DNA of 64,000 bases, from contig JAVVEM010000008.1 of assembly GCA_032250805.1 (NCBI GenBank), positions 25,774 through 89,773 on the forward strand, in the 5' to 3' direction. The stretch comes from Bacteroidales bacterium. GTDB taxonomy: Bacteria; Bacteroidota; Bacteroidia; Bacteroidales; B18-G4. This document shows, piece by piece, positions 35,279 through 45,434 of the stretch (the stretch's first letter is position 1; each line of letters starts with the position of its first letter). The notes below the pieces were generated by a model. It saw only the letters and a list, made by a program, of their open reading frames with translations. It did no database searches and had not been told where the DNA came from. The position numbers and the translations under genes are program-made.

Positions 35279-35998
35279 CTATTCAGCCACCATCACCACC
35301 TGTCCTTCTTCAAGCAGTGGTTTACCCTGATAACGGAGAAACAGTTGTGCAATGGTCAGCACATCTTTCTGGCAATACTTTACGATCCGTTCAAGGTCAT
35401 TTTCCTTCCAGTAAACCTCACCCACCTGGCTCCCGTCAATATCATCCTTCGGTGTAGGAATGTTAAATACAGCAGCAAGCAGTTCAAGCGAAGTGTAATT
35501 TTTGTAATCCCCGAATTTCCATAATTCCATGGTATCGATATGGGCCACTTCCCAGGGCTTTTTGCCGGCAAGATCAAGGATCTCGGGCAATGGAATGCCA
35601 TTGATTAGCATTCTGCGCGACAGATAAGGAAAGTCGAATTCTTTTCCGTTGTGTGCACACAAAAGAAAATTCTTGCTGCTGAACCTGGCCTCAAGCAGAT
35701 CGGCAAAGTCTTTCAGAACCTGTTTTTCATCATCACCATAAAATGACTTGATACGGAAATTTCCATCCATGAGCATACCAAATGAAATACACACCACTTT
35801 CCCGAATTCGGCATAGATGCCTGCCCTGTGAAAAAGTGTTTCGGGTGTATCATCATCCTCTTTTTTCAGGTATCCCGCCTTCTTGTCCCACAATCGCCTG
35901 AATGTTTCAGGCATCTCGCCATAAGCGGCGCACATGGGCACTGTTTCAATGTCGAGAAACAGCAATTTTTGGAAAGGAATGTAATTCATCATAAGCAA
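35279..35998 (-). CDS. 3'-5' exonuclease, RNase H-like fold (PolB-exonuclease-related)
   Basis: LFLDIETVP (Exo I), CAHNGKEFDFPYL (Exo II), and HIDTMEL...CQKDVL (Exo III-like). The start could be any of three near-terminal Met codons. Confidence 0.7.
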   Translation of the reverse strand: MLMMNYIPFQKLLFLDIETVPMCAAYGEMPETFRRLWDKKAGYLKKEDDDTPETLFHRAGIYAEFGKVVCISFGMLMDGNFRIKSFYGDDEKQVLKDFADLLEARFSSKNFLLCAHNGKEFDFPYLSRRMLINGIPLPEILDLAGKKPWEVAHIDTMELWKFGDYKNYTSLELLAAVFNIPTPKDDIDGSQVGEVYWKENDLERIVKYCQKDVLTIAQLFLRYQGKPLLEEGQVVMVAE

Positions 35999-36064
35999 CA
36001 GGATTTTGTTTGGAGCATAAAATTAATGAATTTCCTGTGTTTTTTCGGTAATTTCGCTGTTAAT

Positions 36065-37369
36065 ATGATCATGACAAGTAAAATTGTACATACCGGTGTT
36101 CTGCTGTTCGTGCTTCTGCTGTTGTTTTCATCTTCATGTAAAAAAGAAGACGACAACTCTCCGCCATCGGTAATTGTTGATGCACCGCTCGAAAATGAAG
36201 TGTTTTTTTCGCGCGATACCATACCGCTTAGCGGGTCGGCAAACGACGACATTATGCTGGAGCATATCCGGATCGTGTTGGAGGATAATAATAATCAGCC
36301 GGTAAGCACGCCAAAATACCTGCATCCCAATAGCAGGAATTATGTATTCTCTTTTGATTATATCATTGATGAACCTTTCCTGGCGAGTGGTGAATATACG
36401 CTCGTGGTTTCGGCCTACGATGGCCGGAACAGCAGCAGCGATTATACAGCACTGCAGATCAGGGGCATTGAGCGTGAATTTGAGAAGGTCCTGTTGCTTT
36501 GCCGCCCCAATAATTTAAAAACATATCTGTATTCCATCGACACCTCAGGGGATGTAAAGGCCGAAAAGGTGATTGATCATGGGTATCAGGCTTCTGCCGT
36601 CAATTCAGGCCGGCGAAAGCTCTTTATGATCAAACCGGAGCCTTCGGCCCTCTATGCCTTCGATCTTGACGACCTGGAAGGGGATGAGTTGCTGACTGCC
36701 TCACCGCCTTATCCGTTTTTTACGGATGTGATCGCAGGCTCTTCCCTGACCTTTGTTTCTACTGCAAATGGCGATATCAAAGGCCTGAACGATTACGGGC
36801 AAACTGTTTTTGTGACGGCAACAAATGCCGACACCGTTCCGTTGCGCGTGCATACGCATTTCGATTACATATTATCATACTGCCAGCGCCGGGGTGCTCC
36901 CGGAAAATCGATCAGGCAGTATTATGCCGGCTCAGGTGTGTTCAGGGCGGGAAAGGAGATTACGTTTTCCGTAACGGATTTCTTTAGTCCCCACCAGTCG
37001 AAATGCCTTATTTTTGGAAATGAGGCCGAAGGCGGTCGCGTATATGAGTTCGGCATCACCGAAAATTATATCATCGCACTCAAAGAGCTTCCACAGGATC
37101 TTATCAAAGATGTTGTTGAGATCGCTGCCGGTAATTATATCATCGCCGCCGAAACCGGACTGTATCAATATATGAATGCTTCGAACACGCTTACTTCCTG
37201 GGCTTCCGGACTTGAAGCCGGATTTCTGTGTTTTGATGAAAGCAATTTTATTTTATATGCTGCCTCAGAACAAATGGTTTATGTCATAAATGCCGGCAAT
37301 GGAGAGATCATCAGCGAAATACCAATTCCTTATCCTGTTGTAAACATGCACATTCAGTATAACATCTGA
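36065..37369 (+). CDS. Hypothetical lipoprotein
   Basis: The start was trimmed to MIMTSKIVHTGVLLFVLLLLFSSSCKKEDD, a lipobox with Cys. The track ORF start at 35828 overlaps the exonuclease gene. Confidence 0.6.
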   Translation: MIMTSKIVHTGVLLFVLLLLFSSSCKKEDDNSPPSVIVDAPLENEVFFSRDTIPLSGSANDDIMLEHIRIVLEDNNNQPVSTPKYLHPNSRNYVFSFDYIIDEPFLASGEYTLVVSAYDGRNSSSDYTALQIRGIEREFEKVLLLCRPNNLKTYLYSIDTSGDVKAEKVIDHGYQASAVNSGRRKLFMIKPEPSALYAFDLDDLEGDELLTASPPYPFFTDVIAGSSLTFVSTANGDIKGLNDYGQTVFVTATNADTVPLRVHTHFDYILSYCQRRGAPGKSIRQYYAGSGVFRAGKEITFSVTDFFSPHQSKCLIFGNEAEGGRVYEFGITENYIIALKELPQDLIKDVVEIAAGNYIIAAETGLYQYMNASNTLTSWASGLEAGFLCFDESNFILYAASEQMVYVINAGNGEIISEIPIPYPVVNMHIQYNI

Positions 37370-37370
37370 T

Positions 37371-38048
37371 ATGAATGCATCAGATCTGGTCATAAGCGGA
37401 GATGGGTCACATACCTTAAAACTAAAAGGTGTTGATGAGCATTATCATTCGGTTTACGGCGCTTTGGCCGAATCACGTCATGTATTTATCCGGGCAGGGC
37501 TGAAGCATATTTCCTTACAGGGCAATGAAGAACTGAGCATCCTTGAGCTGGGTTTCGGGACAGGCCTCAACACCCTGCTAACGCTATGTGAACTGCTTGA
37601 TAAAGGGGTTGAAACACTGTATACCGCTATCGAAGCTTTTCCCCTGGAGGATGGTATCTGGCAGCGGCTGAATTATCCTGAACTTATCCGCCACAAACAG
37701 GCCCGTGAACTTTTTTTAACGATCCACGAAGCTGCCTGGGAAAAGACGGTGAAGGTGGAAAAGGGATTCCTGCTGCATAAGCGACAAATAAAATTTCAGG
37801 ATCTGCAGCCAGGCCCTGAGCAATACAATCTGGTGTATTTTGATGCCTTCAGTCCTGAAGTGCAGCCCGAACTGTGGACGGAAGATATTTTCAGGAAGAT
37901 AGCGCAAATGCTTGTAAAAGAAGGTATTTTGGTAACCTACTCGGCTAAGGGAAGCGTCAGGCGTGCATTGGAAACAAGCGGGCTCAGGGTGGAGAGGTTG
38001 CCCGGCCCTGAGGGGAAAAGAGAAATGATCAGGGCAATAAAATGTTAG
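37371..38048 (+). CDS. tRNA (mnm5s2U34)-methyltransferase MnmD-like SAM methyltransferase
   Basis: HSVYGALAESRHVF, ILELGFGTGLN and YFDAFSPEVQPELWT match the methyltransferase domain of MnmC. Confidence 0.7.
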   Translation: MNASDLVISGDGSHTLKLKGVDEHYHSVYGALAESRHVFIRAGLKHISLQGNEELSILELGFGTGLNTLLTLCELLDKGVETLYTAIEAFPLEDGIWQRLNYPELIRHKQARELFLTIHEAAWEKTVKVEKGFLLHKRQIKFQDLQPGPEQYNLVYFDAFSPEVQPELWTEDIFRKIAQMLVKEGILVTYSAKGSVRRALETSGLRVERLPGPEGKREMIRAIKC

Positions 38049-38049
38049 G

Positions 38050-38334
38050 ATGAACAAATTGTTTATGAAAAGAAGTTTTTCTATTACAGTGACGGGCAGG
38101 GTGCAGGGGGTAGGATTCAGGTTTTATACCCAGAAAAAAGCACGTGCACTGGGAATAAATGGCTTTATGAAGAATATGCGCGACGGTTCGGTATATATTG
38201 AGGCCGAAGGCGAAAGTGAAAAGCTAAATGAATTTGTGCTGTGGGTGCAAAAGGGGCCTGAATGGGCCAGAGTGGATGATGTTAAATTACAGGAAAAACC
38301 ACTGGAGCAGTTCGAAGGATTTTCCATCAGATGA
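38050..38334 (+). CDS. acyP: Acylphosphatase
   Basis: VTGRVQGVGFRFYTQKKARALGINGFMKNMRDGSVYIEAEG, the canonical acylphosphatase signature. Confidence 0.85.
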   Translation: MNKLFMKRSFSITVTGRVQGVGFRFYTQKKARALGINGFMKNMRDGSVYIEAEGESEKLNEFVLWVQKGPEWARVDDVKLQEKPLEQFEGFSIR

Positions 38335-38385
38335 ACCTTATCTCTGAATAATTTTCTGGTCGGCCGATGGCAGGCCATCTCCTCT

Positions 38386-38958
38386 TTAATATTCTCCCAG
38401 CCTTTTCATTACCATACTTTCAATCTTATCAAAAAGTGAATTGGGCTGCCATGCCCGCCAATTAAATTCATTGAACCCTCCACCGAAGGCAATGAAATAA
38501 TCCAGCCTGCTGCTCACGAATTCTTCAAGTACATGATTACGGAAATTCAGGCCTACGATCCATCCATCTTCAATATCGTCGAACCATTCGGAGTAATAAT
38601 CGCTGTCGCCTGAGTGAAAGGTTAGCAAATTTTCGCCGATAAGCAGGAAACGGTTAATGCCTTCATCGATCATCCGGTCGATCAAATGCCGTTTCAGATA
38701 CATAATATCATTGTACAACACATCATTCCATTCGCCGATCAGTTCTATAATGCAGAATTGTTTATCGTAATCAGCATAGATCACTTTCAGGAAAAGGGTG
38801 GATGAACCGATCTCATCCCATTGCGGGTGGATCACATAATCGTAAATGGCATGAGAGAATTCAAACTCGCTGTATTCGCGGCCATAAAAGGGCGACCGCT
38901 CATCTTCACTTGCTATGTAAAGATGTCGCCAGTTATAAAATGGTTCAATAGCATGCAT
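38386..38958 (-). CDS. Hypothetical protein (190 aa)
   Basis: Clean ORF with no overlap. Family not recognised. Confidence 0.55.
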   Translation of the reverse strand: MHAIEPFYNWRHLYIASEDERSPFYGREYSEFEFSHAIYDYVIHPQWDEIGSSTLFLKVIYADYDKQFCIIELIGEWNDVLYNDIMYLKRHLIDRMIDEGINRFLLIGENLLTFHSGDSDYYSEWFDDIEDGWIVGLNFRNHVLEEFVSSRLDYFIAFGGGFNEFNWRAWQPNSLFDKIESMVMKRLGEY

Positions 38959-38993
38959 ATATACTTTCCTCGACCCTGTTTATAGTTCTATAT

Positions 38994-39314
38994 CTACAAA
39001 GCAAATTTCAGGCCTTTTATTGTTTTTAATCTTTTATACACATCCTCGAGTGTTTGCTGGCTGGCAATGACCACACTTACCGTATAGCTGATATACTTGC
39101 CGCCTGAACTGGCCTTTTGACGCCAATTGGAAAAGGGGACCCGGAAATCGATAAATATTTTTTCCATGGCCTCTATGCTGTCTTCAGGCTTTATACTGGC
39201 AACAATGATCGCTTTCAGATCAAATTTTACAGGATAATTCACTGATTGTTTTCCAAACAGCCTGCAGGCATCTGCGCCTCCGTTTCCTCCTCCGTTTCCT
39301 CCTGGTAAATCCAT
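38994..39314 (-). CDS. DUF493/YbeD-like small protein
   Basis: YPVKFDLKAIIV...YISYTVSVVIASQQTLEDVYKRLKTIKGL resembles the YbeD fold family. The start was trimmed to MDLPGG (ATG at 39314). Confidence 0.55.
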   Translation of the reverse strand: MDLPGGNGGGNGGADACRLFGKQSVNYPVKFDLKAIIVASIKPEDSIEAMEKIFIDFRVPFSNWRQKASSGGKYISYTVSVVIASQQTLEDVYKRLKTIKGLKFAL

Positions 39315-39382
39315 ATTATGTTTATGATTATTTGACGAACGAATACTCTTTGGTGAATAAACGCTTAAGTGCTTAAACATGT

Positions 39383-40630
39383 TTAAAAGCAATAGCTTAA
39401 ATTAATGTGTCCCCATTGGTGATGCCTGGCATCCCTGAATTCGGGACTGGTATAAAAATGTTCGTAGCTTATTCCGATCTGCCGGTAAGCAAAATAAAAA
39501 CCTATACTGGCTTGTAAAACAAGCCGTTTAATATCACTGGCAGGTATTGTGTAATTGTTGTTCCGGTTAAATGGTCCGCCCTGCAGAGTTGCATCATAAA
39601 AAATGGCTCTTAAGCGGGTACCTGCCATGATCCCATATTGCAAATGTAATGCATTTCTGCCTTCCAATGAACCCGGTTTTGCCAGTGCCGGCATGCTGAA
39701 ATACGAATTTAATTTTCCGGCCCTGAGCCTCAGTCCTGCGCCAAGGTTGTCGTACAGCGTGCCAATCCGGGCATCTGCAAAAATGTTCAAATCAAAGTAT
39801 TGCGGGTTAATCAATCCTTTTTCAAATACTGCCGTATAGTTTAATACAAGGTCGTTCTGTATCTGGTTTTGCCATCCTACGGGTTCAATATTGTGTATTT
39901 GCGATTGCACCAGTCCACCCAGCGAACCCGGTCCCATGAGTCCAATCACGATCTCCGAATACTGCCGGTATTTCTTTTTGTTGCTGAGTGTATTCTTCGA
40001 ATGCCCGATATACAGGTAGGCCGCAAAGGGCCTGTCGCCATCTATTACTGATATGGTGTCGGGATTGGTTGGTGTGTACATGTTTTGCACAACTGTAATT
40101 CCGTGGTAATTCATCGACTCTCTGCGGTACGGGAGCATTGGCCAGGCAAAGGGCGAAGCGGAAAATATTGGTGCTACCATCTCAAAGCGGATGCCATTGG
40201 TGTAATAATAATCGGTATTGCTGAAAATATCGTTGTCGAAGTTTATGCCAAAATAAGAGTTGGTACTGATATAGTTAACGGCATAAAAGGCCTTTTCTAT
40301 CGAGTCGATCCTGCTAAGACTTATTTCTTCTGCCTGGAGCAATATCTTTCCCGGAGCCCTCACAGCTATTCCGCTAATGGTGTCGCGTACAGGCCGGGGT
40401 TGTGGGTTTTGCATAATATCCTCAGGTATTTTCGGGTATACTTCTTCTTTAACCGGCGGCAATGGAATGGCCAACCAATAGTCAGGAACCTGCGGTGGCG
40501 ACCATTGGGGAGCATCCGGCCCTTGTAGCCCTGCTGATGGTTTTTTTATTTCATTTTCGGGTTGGGTGTTGTCGCATGATGCAAGCAACAACATAAACAA
40601 TAGCAGGTATTTAATACAATTGGTTTGCAA
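39383..40630 (-). CDS. Outer-membrane beta-barrel protein, lipid A deacylase LpxR-like (DUF2219)
   Basis: Lipoprotein-type signal LLFMLLLASCDN, FGINFDNDIFSNTDYYYTNGIRFE, and C-terminal HHQWGHINLSYCF. Confidence 0.5.
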   Translation of the reverse strand: MQTNCIKYLLLFMLLLASCDNTQPENEIKKPSAGLQGPDAPQWSPPQVPDYWLAIPLPPVKEEVYPKIPEDIMQNPQPRPVRDTISGIAVRAPGKILLQAEEISLSRIDSIEKAFYAVNYISTNSYFGINFDNDIFSNTDYYYTNGIRFEMVAPIFSASPFAWPMLPYRRESMNYHGITVVQNMYTPTNPDTISVIDGDRPFAAYLYIGHSKNTLSNKKKYRQYSEIVIGLMGPGSLGGLVQSQIHNIEPVGWQNQIQNDLVLNYTAVFEKGLINPQYFDLNIFADARIGTLYDNLGAGLRLRAGKLNSYFSMPALAKPGSLEGRNALHLQYGIMAGTRLRAIFYDATLQGGPFNRNNNYTIPASDIKRLVLQASIGFYFAYRQIGISYEHFYTSPEFRDARHHQWGHINLSYCF

Positions 40631-40722
40631 TATAATGATCCTGTCCGGGCCATTCTTCTGATTATTTTCCCGGGGGGATGAACGGCTTGTCGCAAAATTA
40701 AGGCTTTTCGCCGATGCACCGC

Positions 40723-43173
40723 TCAGAATATTTTAGGATATTTGGCAGGGTTCACATCGTGCATAATATTGTATACCGAGTCAAACACATCTTCAGCATT
40801 CGGATTTGAAAAATAGTCGCCATCCGTGCTGTATGCGGCCCTGTGAGCATGGGCCGTAAGCGTTGCCGGGCCGGCATCGAGGTAGAAGAAAGCTTTTTGT
40901 TCTTCCAACACCTTTTGCATCATGTATGCTGTAGCGCCTCCGGGAACATCTTCGTCGAAAAACAGCACCTTATTTGTTTTTTTAATGGAATCGAGGATCG
41001 TATGGTTGACATCGAACGGCAGAAGGCTCTGCACGTCGATAAGTTCAACATCGATATCGAAATCTTTCAGTTGTTTAACGGCATCCTCTGCAATCCTTAC
41101 ACACGAACCATAAGTTACAAGGGTAATATCTGCACCCGACTTTAAAATTTCGGGCCGGCCCACTGCAACTTTGAATTTTCCAAGGTTCGAAGGCAGTTTT
41201 TCGCGTAGCCGGTAGGCATTGAGCGGCTCTATGATCAGGGCAGGCTCGTCAGATTCCAGCATGGTATTGTAAAAGCCTGCGGCTTGTGTAAGGTTTCGGG
41301 GCACCAGCACATGCACACCCCTGATGGAGTTGATCACCATGCTGAGCGGTGAGCCGGAATGCCAGATTCCCTCCAGCCTGTGCCCGCGCGTACTGATGAT
41401 CATGGGCGCTTTTTGCTGTCCTTTTGTCCGGTAGCGAACCGTGGCAAGGTCATCGCTGAGTACCTGCAGGCCATAAAGCAGGTAGTCGAAATACTGTATC
41501 TCTGCCAGCGGGCGCAGGCCCCTCATGGCCATTCCCAGGCCCTGGCCTAAGATGGTGGCTTCCCTGATGCCGGTATCGAACACACGCAGCTCGCCATATT
41601 TTTTCTGCAGGCCTTCCATGGTTTGGTTTACGCCACCGATCCTGCCAACATCCTCACCGAAGGCACATACCAGGGGGTTGTGTTCAAAAATATGATTGAA
41701 ATTTTTCTGGATGATCTCCCTTCCGGGGATCTTTGGCGCGTCGTCTGCATATTCGGGAGCTACGGCTTTTACTTTGATGGCAGCCTGGTCCGATTCGCTC
41801 CAGAGGTGATCGTTATAGGCATTTTCATTCTCCCTGGAAACCTTGTCACGCCAGGCCATCACATTTTCTTTGAGCGAGTTTTGCGGGTTGCTGCATGAGT
41901 CGCAGATCAAACGCAGGATTTTTTTCCCCGACGACATAATATCTTTCCAGATGGGCTCGCCCACCATGCTCAACTCTTCTTTTATTGCATTTATTTTACT
42001 TGTTTTGGCACAGTTGCAGGTGCTGATGTCGACCATGCGCAAAAAATCATCCCTCTTTTCTGAAAGCGGTTTCTGGAAGTGGGCCCATGCATTTTTTTTG
42101 GCTTCTTTGGCGCGTTTTGCAGCTTCTTTTTCAATTTTTTCGAGTTCTTCGGCTGTGGCTATTTCTTCACCGATCATCCATTCGCGCATCTTTGTTATAC
42201 CGTCATGGGCCTTCTCCCATTCAAGCCTTTCAGGGCTTTTATACCTTTCGTGCGATCCGGAAGTGGAATGGCCCTGGGGCTGCGTGAGCTCATCAACATG
42301 GAAGATTACAGGTACATGTTTTTCCCTGCAGTATGCGATACCTTCATCGTAGGCATTTATCAGGGCAGGATAATCCCATCCCTTAAGTTTGTAGATGCGG
42401 AAACCCCTGGCCTTTTTTGTTTCTTCAAAGCCTTTAAGGATCTCCGAGATGCTGTTTTTGGTGGTCTGATATTCGCGCGGCACCGATATTCCCCATCCAT
42501 CATCCCATACCGATAACGCCATGGGAACCTGCATGACACCTGCAGCATTTATGCTTTCCCAGAATATGCCTTCTGAGGTGCTGGCATCGCCAATGGTACC
42601 AAAGGCCACTTCATTGCCTTTTACAGAAAACTTGCTGAATTCTTTCAGGGCCGGATTGTTGCGATAGTGTTTTGAGGCAAGTGCGAGCCCCACCAGGCGT
42701 GGCATCTGCCCCGCAGTAGGGGAGATGTCGGCCGAAGAGTTTTTCTGTGCAGTAAGATCTTTCCAGTCACCCTTTTCGTCGAGACTTTGTGTAGCGAAAT
42801 GATTGTTCATCATCCGTCCGCCAGTGCCGGGATTGGCGTCAGGGTGGGTGTCGCCATATAATTGTGCGAAAAATTCTTCAAGCTTCATCATCCCCGCGGC
42901 AAGCATAAAGGTTTGGTCGCGATAATAACCCGAGCGCCAGTCACCTTCTTTAAATGCCCTGGCCATAGCCAGTTGGGGTACTTCTTTTCCATCCCCGAAA
43001 ATGCCGAACTTTGCTTTGCCGGAAAGCACTTCACGCCTGCCAAGGAGGCTGGCCTGCCTGCTCTCGCAGGCAATGCGATAATCGCTGAGTATATCTTCTT
43101 TTGATAAAGATATGTGAGGTGCTTTGGTTTTTACGTTACCCATGTTATCTCTGTTTTCCAATGAGAATAACAA
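40723..43173 (-). CDS. Fused alpha/beta E1 component of a 2-oxoacid dehydrogenase (TPP-dependent)
   Basis: The alpha part has a GDASTSEG TPP motif. The beta/transketolase-like part has FGEDVGRIGGV...DTGIREATI. An alternative start MGNVKTK lies at 43143. Confidence 0.8.
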   Translation of the reverse strand: MLFSLENRDNMGNVKTKAPHISLSKEDILSDYRIACESRQASLLGRREVLSGKAKFGIFGDGKEVPQLAMARAFKEGDWRSGYYRDQTFMLAAGMMKLEEFFAQLYGDTHPDANPGTGGRMMNNHFATQSLDEKGDWKDLTAQKNSSADISPTAGQMPRLVGLALASKHYRNNPALKEFSKFSVKGNEVAFGTIGDASTSEGIFWESINAAGVMQVPMALSVWDDGWGISVPREYQTTKNSISEILKGFEETKKARGFRIYKLKGWDYPALINAYDEGIAYCREKHVPVIFHVDELTQPQGHSTSGSHERYKSPERLEWEKAHDGITKMREWMIGEEIATAEELEKIEKEAAKRAKEAKKNAWAHFQKPLSEKRDDFLRMVDISTCNCAKTSKINAIKEELSMVGEPIWKDIMSSGKKILRLICDSCSNPQNSLKENVMAWRDKVSRENENAYNDHLWSESDQAAIKVKAVAPEYADDAPKIPGREIIQKNFNHIFEHNPLVCAFGEDVGRIGGVNQTMEGLQKKYGELRVFDTGIREATILGQGLGMAMRGLRPLAEIQYFDYLLYGLQVLSDDLATVRYRTKGQQKAPMIISTRGHRLEGIWHSGSPLSMVINSIRGVHVLVPRNLTQAAGFYNTMLESDEPALIIEPLNAYRLREKLPSNLGKFKVAVGRPEILKSGADITLVTYGSCVRIAEDAVKQLKDFDIDVELIDVQSLLPFDVNHTILDSIKKTNKVLFFDEDVPGGATAYMMQKVLEEQKAFFYLDAGPATLTAHAHRAAYSTDGDYFSNPNAEDVFDSVYNIMHDVNPAKYPKIF

Positions 43174-43227
43174 AAATAACCAAAAATGGTTTATAATAGA
43201 AGAAAGAGGCCTGCCTTAAACCATCTG

Positions 43228-44910
43228 TTAAAGAAGAGCAGCGATCTGCATCACCACCGGCCGCAGCGCATGCTTCGCAGTACCTGCTTCTTTTAAATGT
43301 ACGGGGCTGATAAAACCTTCCTCATCAGGATCGCGGAGGCCTTCTTCTGTCATGATCCAGGTTTTTCCCGCAAGTTTGTAAGGACTGTAACGACCCCAGT
43401 GCAGGATCTTGCGCATGTTCTTATCAATGCTTACATATTTTCCAACGGGGACTTCAACTTTAAGCCAGATATGCTGGGCGCGCCAGTTGCCCCGCTCACC
43501 AAGTGTAAAATAAGGGTCGAGGATAAGTTTATTTTCTTCCTGAGTGAAATGCCAGAGGGTTTCAGAGGCCTTTTCGCGGGCCAGGCGCGTTGAACGGCCC
43601 CGTGCAGTGGTGACCCGGGAAACTTCAAAATAATCTTCTCCGGCCTTGTGGATGTCAACATCAATTTGCCCGTAAAACTGTCCATCTTCCGTTATAACCA
43701 GATGGACATCATCCGCATTAATATAATCATATGATCCGTAAAGCAGTTCATCCTGAAACTCATCATTCACAGTCAGGTAAAGGGTGTCGTTTGCGGGTTG
43801 TTCTATCTGTATGTTGTCGCTTACTGTTGCCGACTGCCGGTATTCGCGCACTACCCTGAAAGAAAAGAATAAGGTAATGATGAGGCCAACAAGCCATAAA
43901 TTAAGGGCCGTGATGCCAATATACCTGATCCGGTCAATGCCGAATATCATACGAAAGGCATTATACATGAGCATGAGCAGTGGAATGCCAAGGAAGAAGA
44001 TAAGTCCCAGTTTGAGTATGGCTGTACCGCCGGCAGAAATGGGCAATAATCCAAAGAAATCTGTGAGAGGCATCAGCATGACTTCGTGATTATCAAGAAT
44101 AAAGGGACCTCCCCAGCCAAAAAGGGCAAAAAGAAAGGCAATGGCCAGTCCGATACCTGTGATCAGCAGTGCGATCCCAATGATGATCACAATTATTTTT
44201 GCCACAACCTGCAGCAAGGCGATGAACATTCCCAATATTTGCTCGAAAACATTTTCATCGCGGCTATTTTTTTTTTCAACCGTTTTCTTCGCCTGGTTTG
44301 TCAGATCGTTTATCTTATCCTTCAGATGTGAAACCTCGTCTTTTATTGATTTCTCTATATTGGAGATATTCACTTTTTCTCCCTTCATTTGAAGTTTTTC
44401 TGCAGTTGTGCGTGCCTCAGGCATGGCAATCCACAATACAACGTACACCAGCGCGCCTGATAACCAGATAAGTGTGAAGATGACAAATGCCAGTCTTACC
44501 CATAAAACATCCACATTGAGGTAGGCTGCGAGTCCTGCGGCCACACCTCCCACAACTTTCCGGTCGGGATCGCGGTAAAGGCGCTTTGGCCCTTTGATAT
44601 CTTCATAGGAGGCGCTGCCGGCTGTTTCATTTTCAGCTTCGCTTTCTTCGCTTTCAAATTCGCCCGGATCGCCCATAAGCCTGATCACTTCGTTTACATC
44701 ATCAATATTGACCACCTGCTTGGCTTCAGTTATCCGTTCCTGCAGCAGTTCGGCGATGCGACCTTCAATATCGGCGATGATCTCATCCTTGCCCTGGGTG
44801 CCTGCAAAATGCCTCTTCAGAGTGTCAAAATAAACATTCAATTTGTCATAGGCATCTTCATCAATATGAAATATGATACCGCTGATATTAATTGTGAGTG
44901 TCTTTTTCAT
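43228..44910 (-). CDS. PspC domain-containing membrane protein
   Basis: LYRDPDRKVVGGVAAGLAAYLNVDVLWVRLAFVIFTL is the PspC motif. It has multiple TM helices and lies downstream of padR. Confidence 0.8.
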   Translation of the reverse strand: MKKTLTINISGIIFHIDEDAYDKLNVYFDTLKRHFAGTQGKDEIIADIEGRIAELLQERITEAKQVVNIDDVNEVIRLMGDPGEFESEESEAENETAGSASYEDIKGPKRLYRDPDRKVVGGVAAGLAAYLNVDVLWVRLAFVIFTLIWLSGALVYVVLWIAMPEARTTAEKLQMKGEKVNISNIEKSIKDEVSHLKDKINDLTNQAKKTVEKKNSRDENVFEQILGMFIALLQVVAKIIVIIIGIALLITGIGLAIAFLFALFGWGGPFILDNHEVMLMPLTDFFGLLPISAGGTAILKLGLIFFLGIPLLMLMYNAFRMIFGIDRIRYIGITALNLWLVGLIITLFFSFRVVREYRQSATVSDNIQIEQPANDTLYLTVNDEFQDELLYGSYDYINADDVHLVITEDGQFYGQIDVDIHKAGEDYFEVSRVTTARGRSTRLAREKASETLWHFTQEENKLILDPYFTLGERGNWRAQHIWLKVEVPVGKYVSIDKNMRKILHWGRYSPYKLAGKTWIMTEEGLRDPDEEGFISPVHLKEAGTAKHALRPVVMQIAALL

Positions 44911-44935
44911 CGTATGTTTTTATATTCTGTGGTTT

Positions 44936-45271
44936 TTAACTTGCTTTTTTTATGGTGATCGTGTCGACAGCTTTTACCAGGTCCTGCCAACTCATGTTCA
45001 GGTCGTTCAAAACTTTTGTTCCGATCTCTGTCATGGTGTAATACTTCCGCGGAGGCCCTGATTTTGACTCTTCCCAGCGGTATTTTAACAGGCCGTCGTT
45101 TTTGAGCCTTGTGAGCAGGGGATATAAGGTTCCCTCCACAACGATAAGTTTTGCTTCTTTGAGCTTCTCAAGTATATCGGAGGCATAAGCATCCTGCTCT
45201 GCTATGATGCTAAGGATACATAATTCCAGTACCCCTTTCCGCATTTGCGCTTTTGTCTTTTCTAAGTTCAT
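44936..45271 (-). CDS. PadR family transcriptional regulator
   Basis: MRKGVLELCILSIIAEQDAYASDILEKL...GTLYPLLTRLKNDGLL. The start was trimmed to MNLEKTK (ATG at 45271). Confidence 0.85.
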   Translation of the reverse strand: MNLEKTKAQMRKGVLELCILSIIAEQDAYASDILEKLKEAKLIVVEGTLYPLLTRLKNDGLLKYRWEESKSGPPRKYYTMTEIGTKVLNDLNMSWQDLVKAVDTITIKKAS

Positions 45272-45434
45272 GCCGCAAATATAATACAAAATATTAGTAC
45301 TATGCAATGCAAAGTACCAAAATAATTTCAATAGTGGTTAATGCAAGATACTTTTAATATTTGTAATTTACAGTAATTCAGATTATTAATTTGTTATTTA
45401 GATTGAAAATAAATTACATTTACAGCTTTTATTG

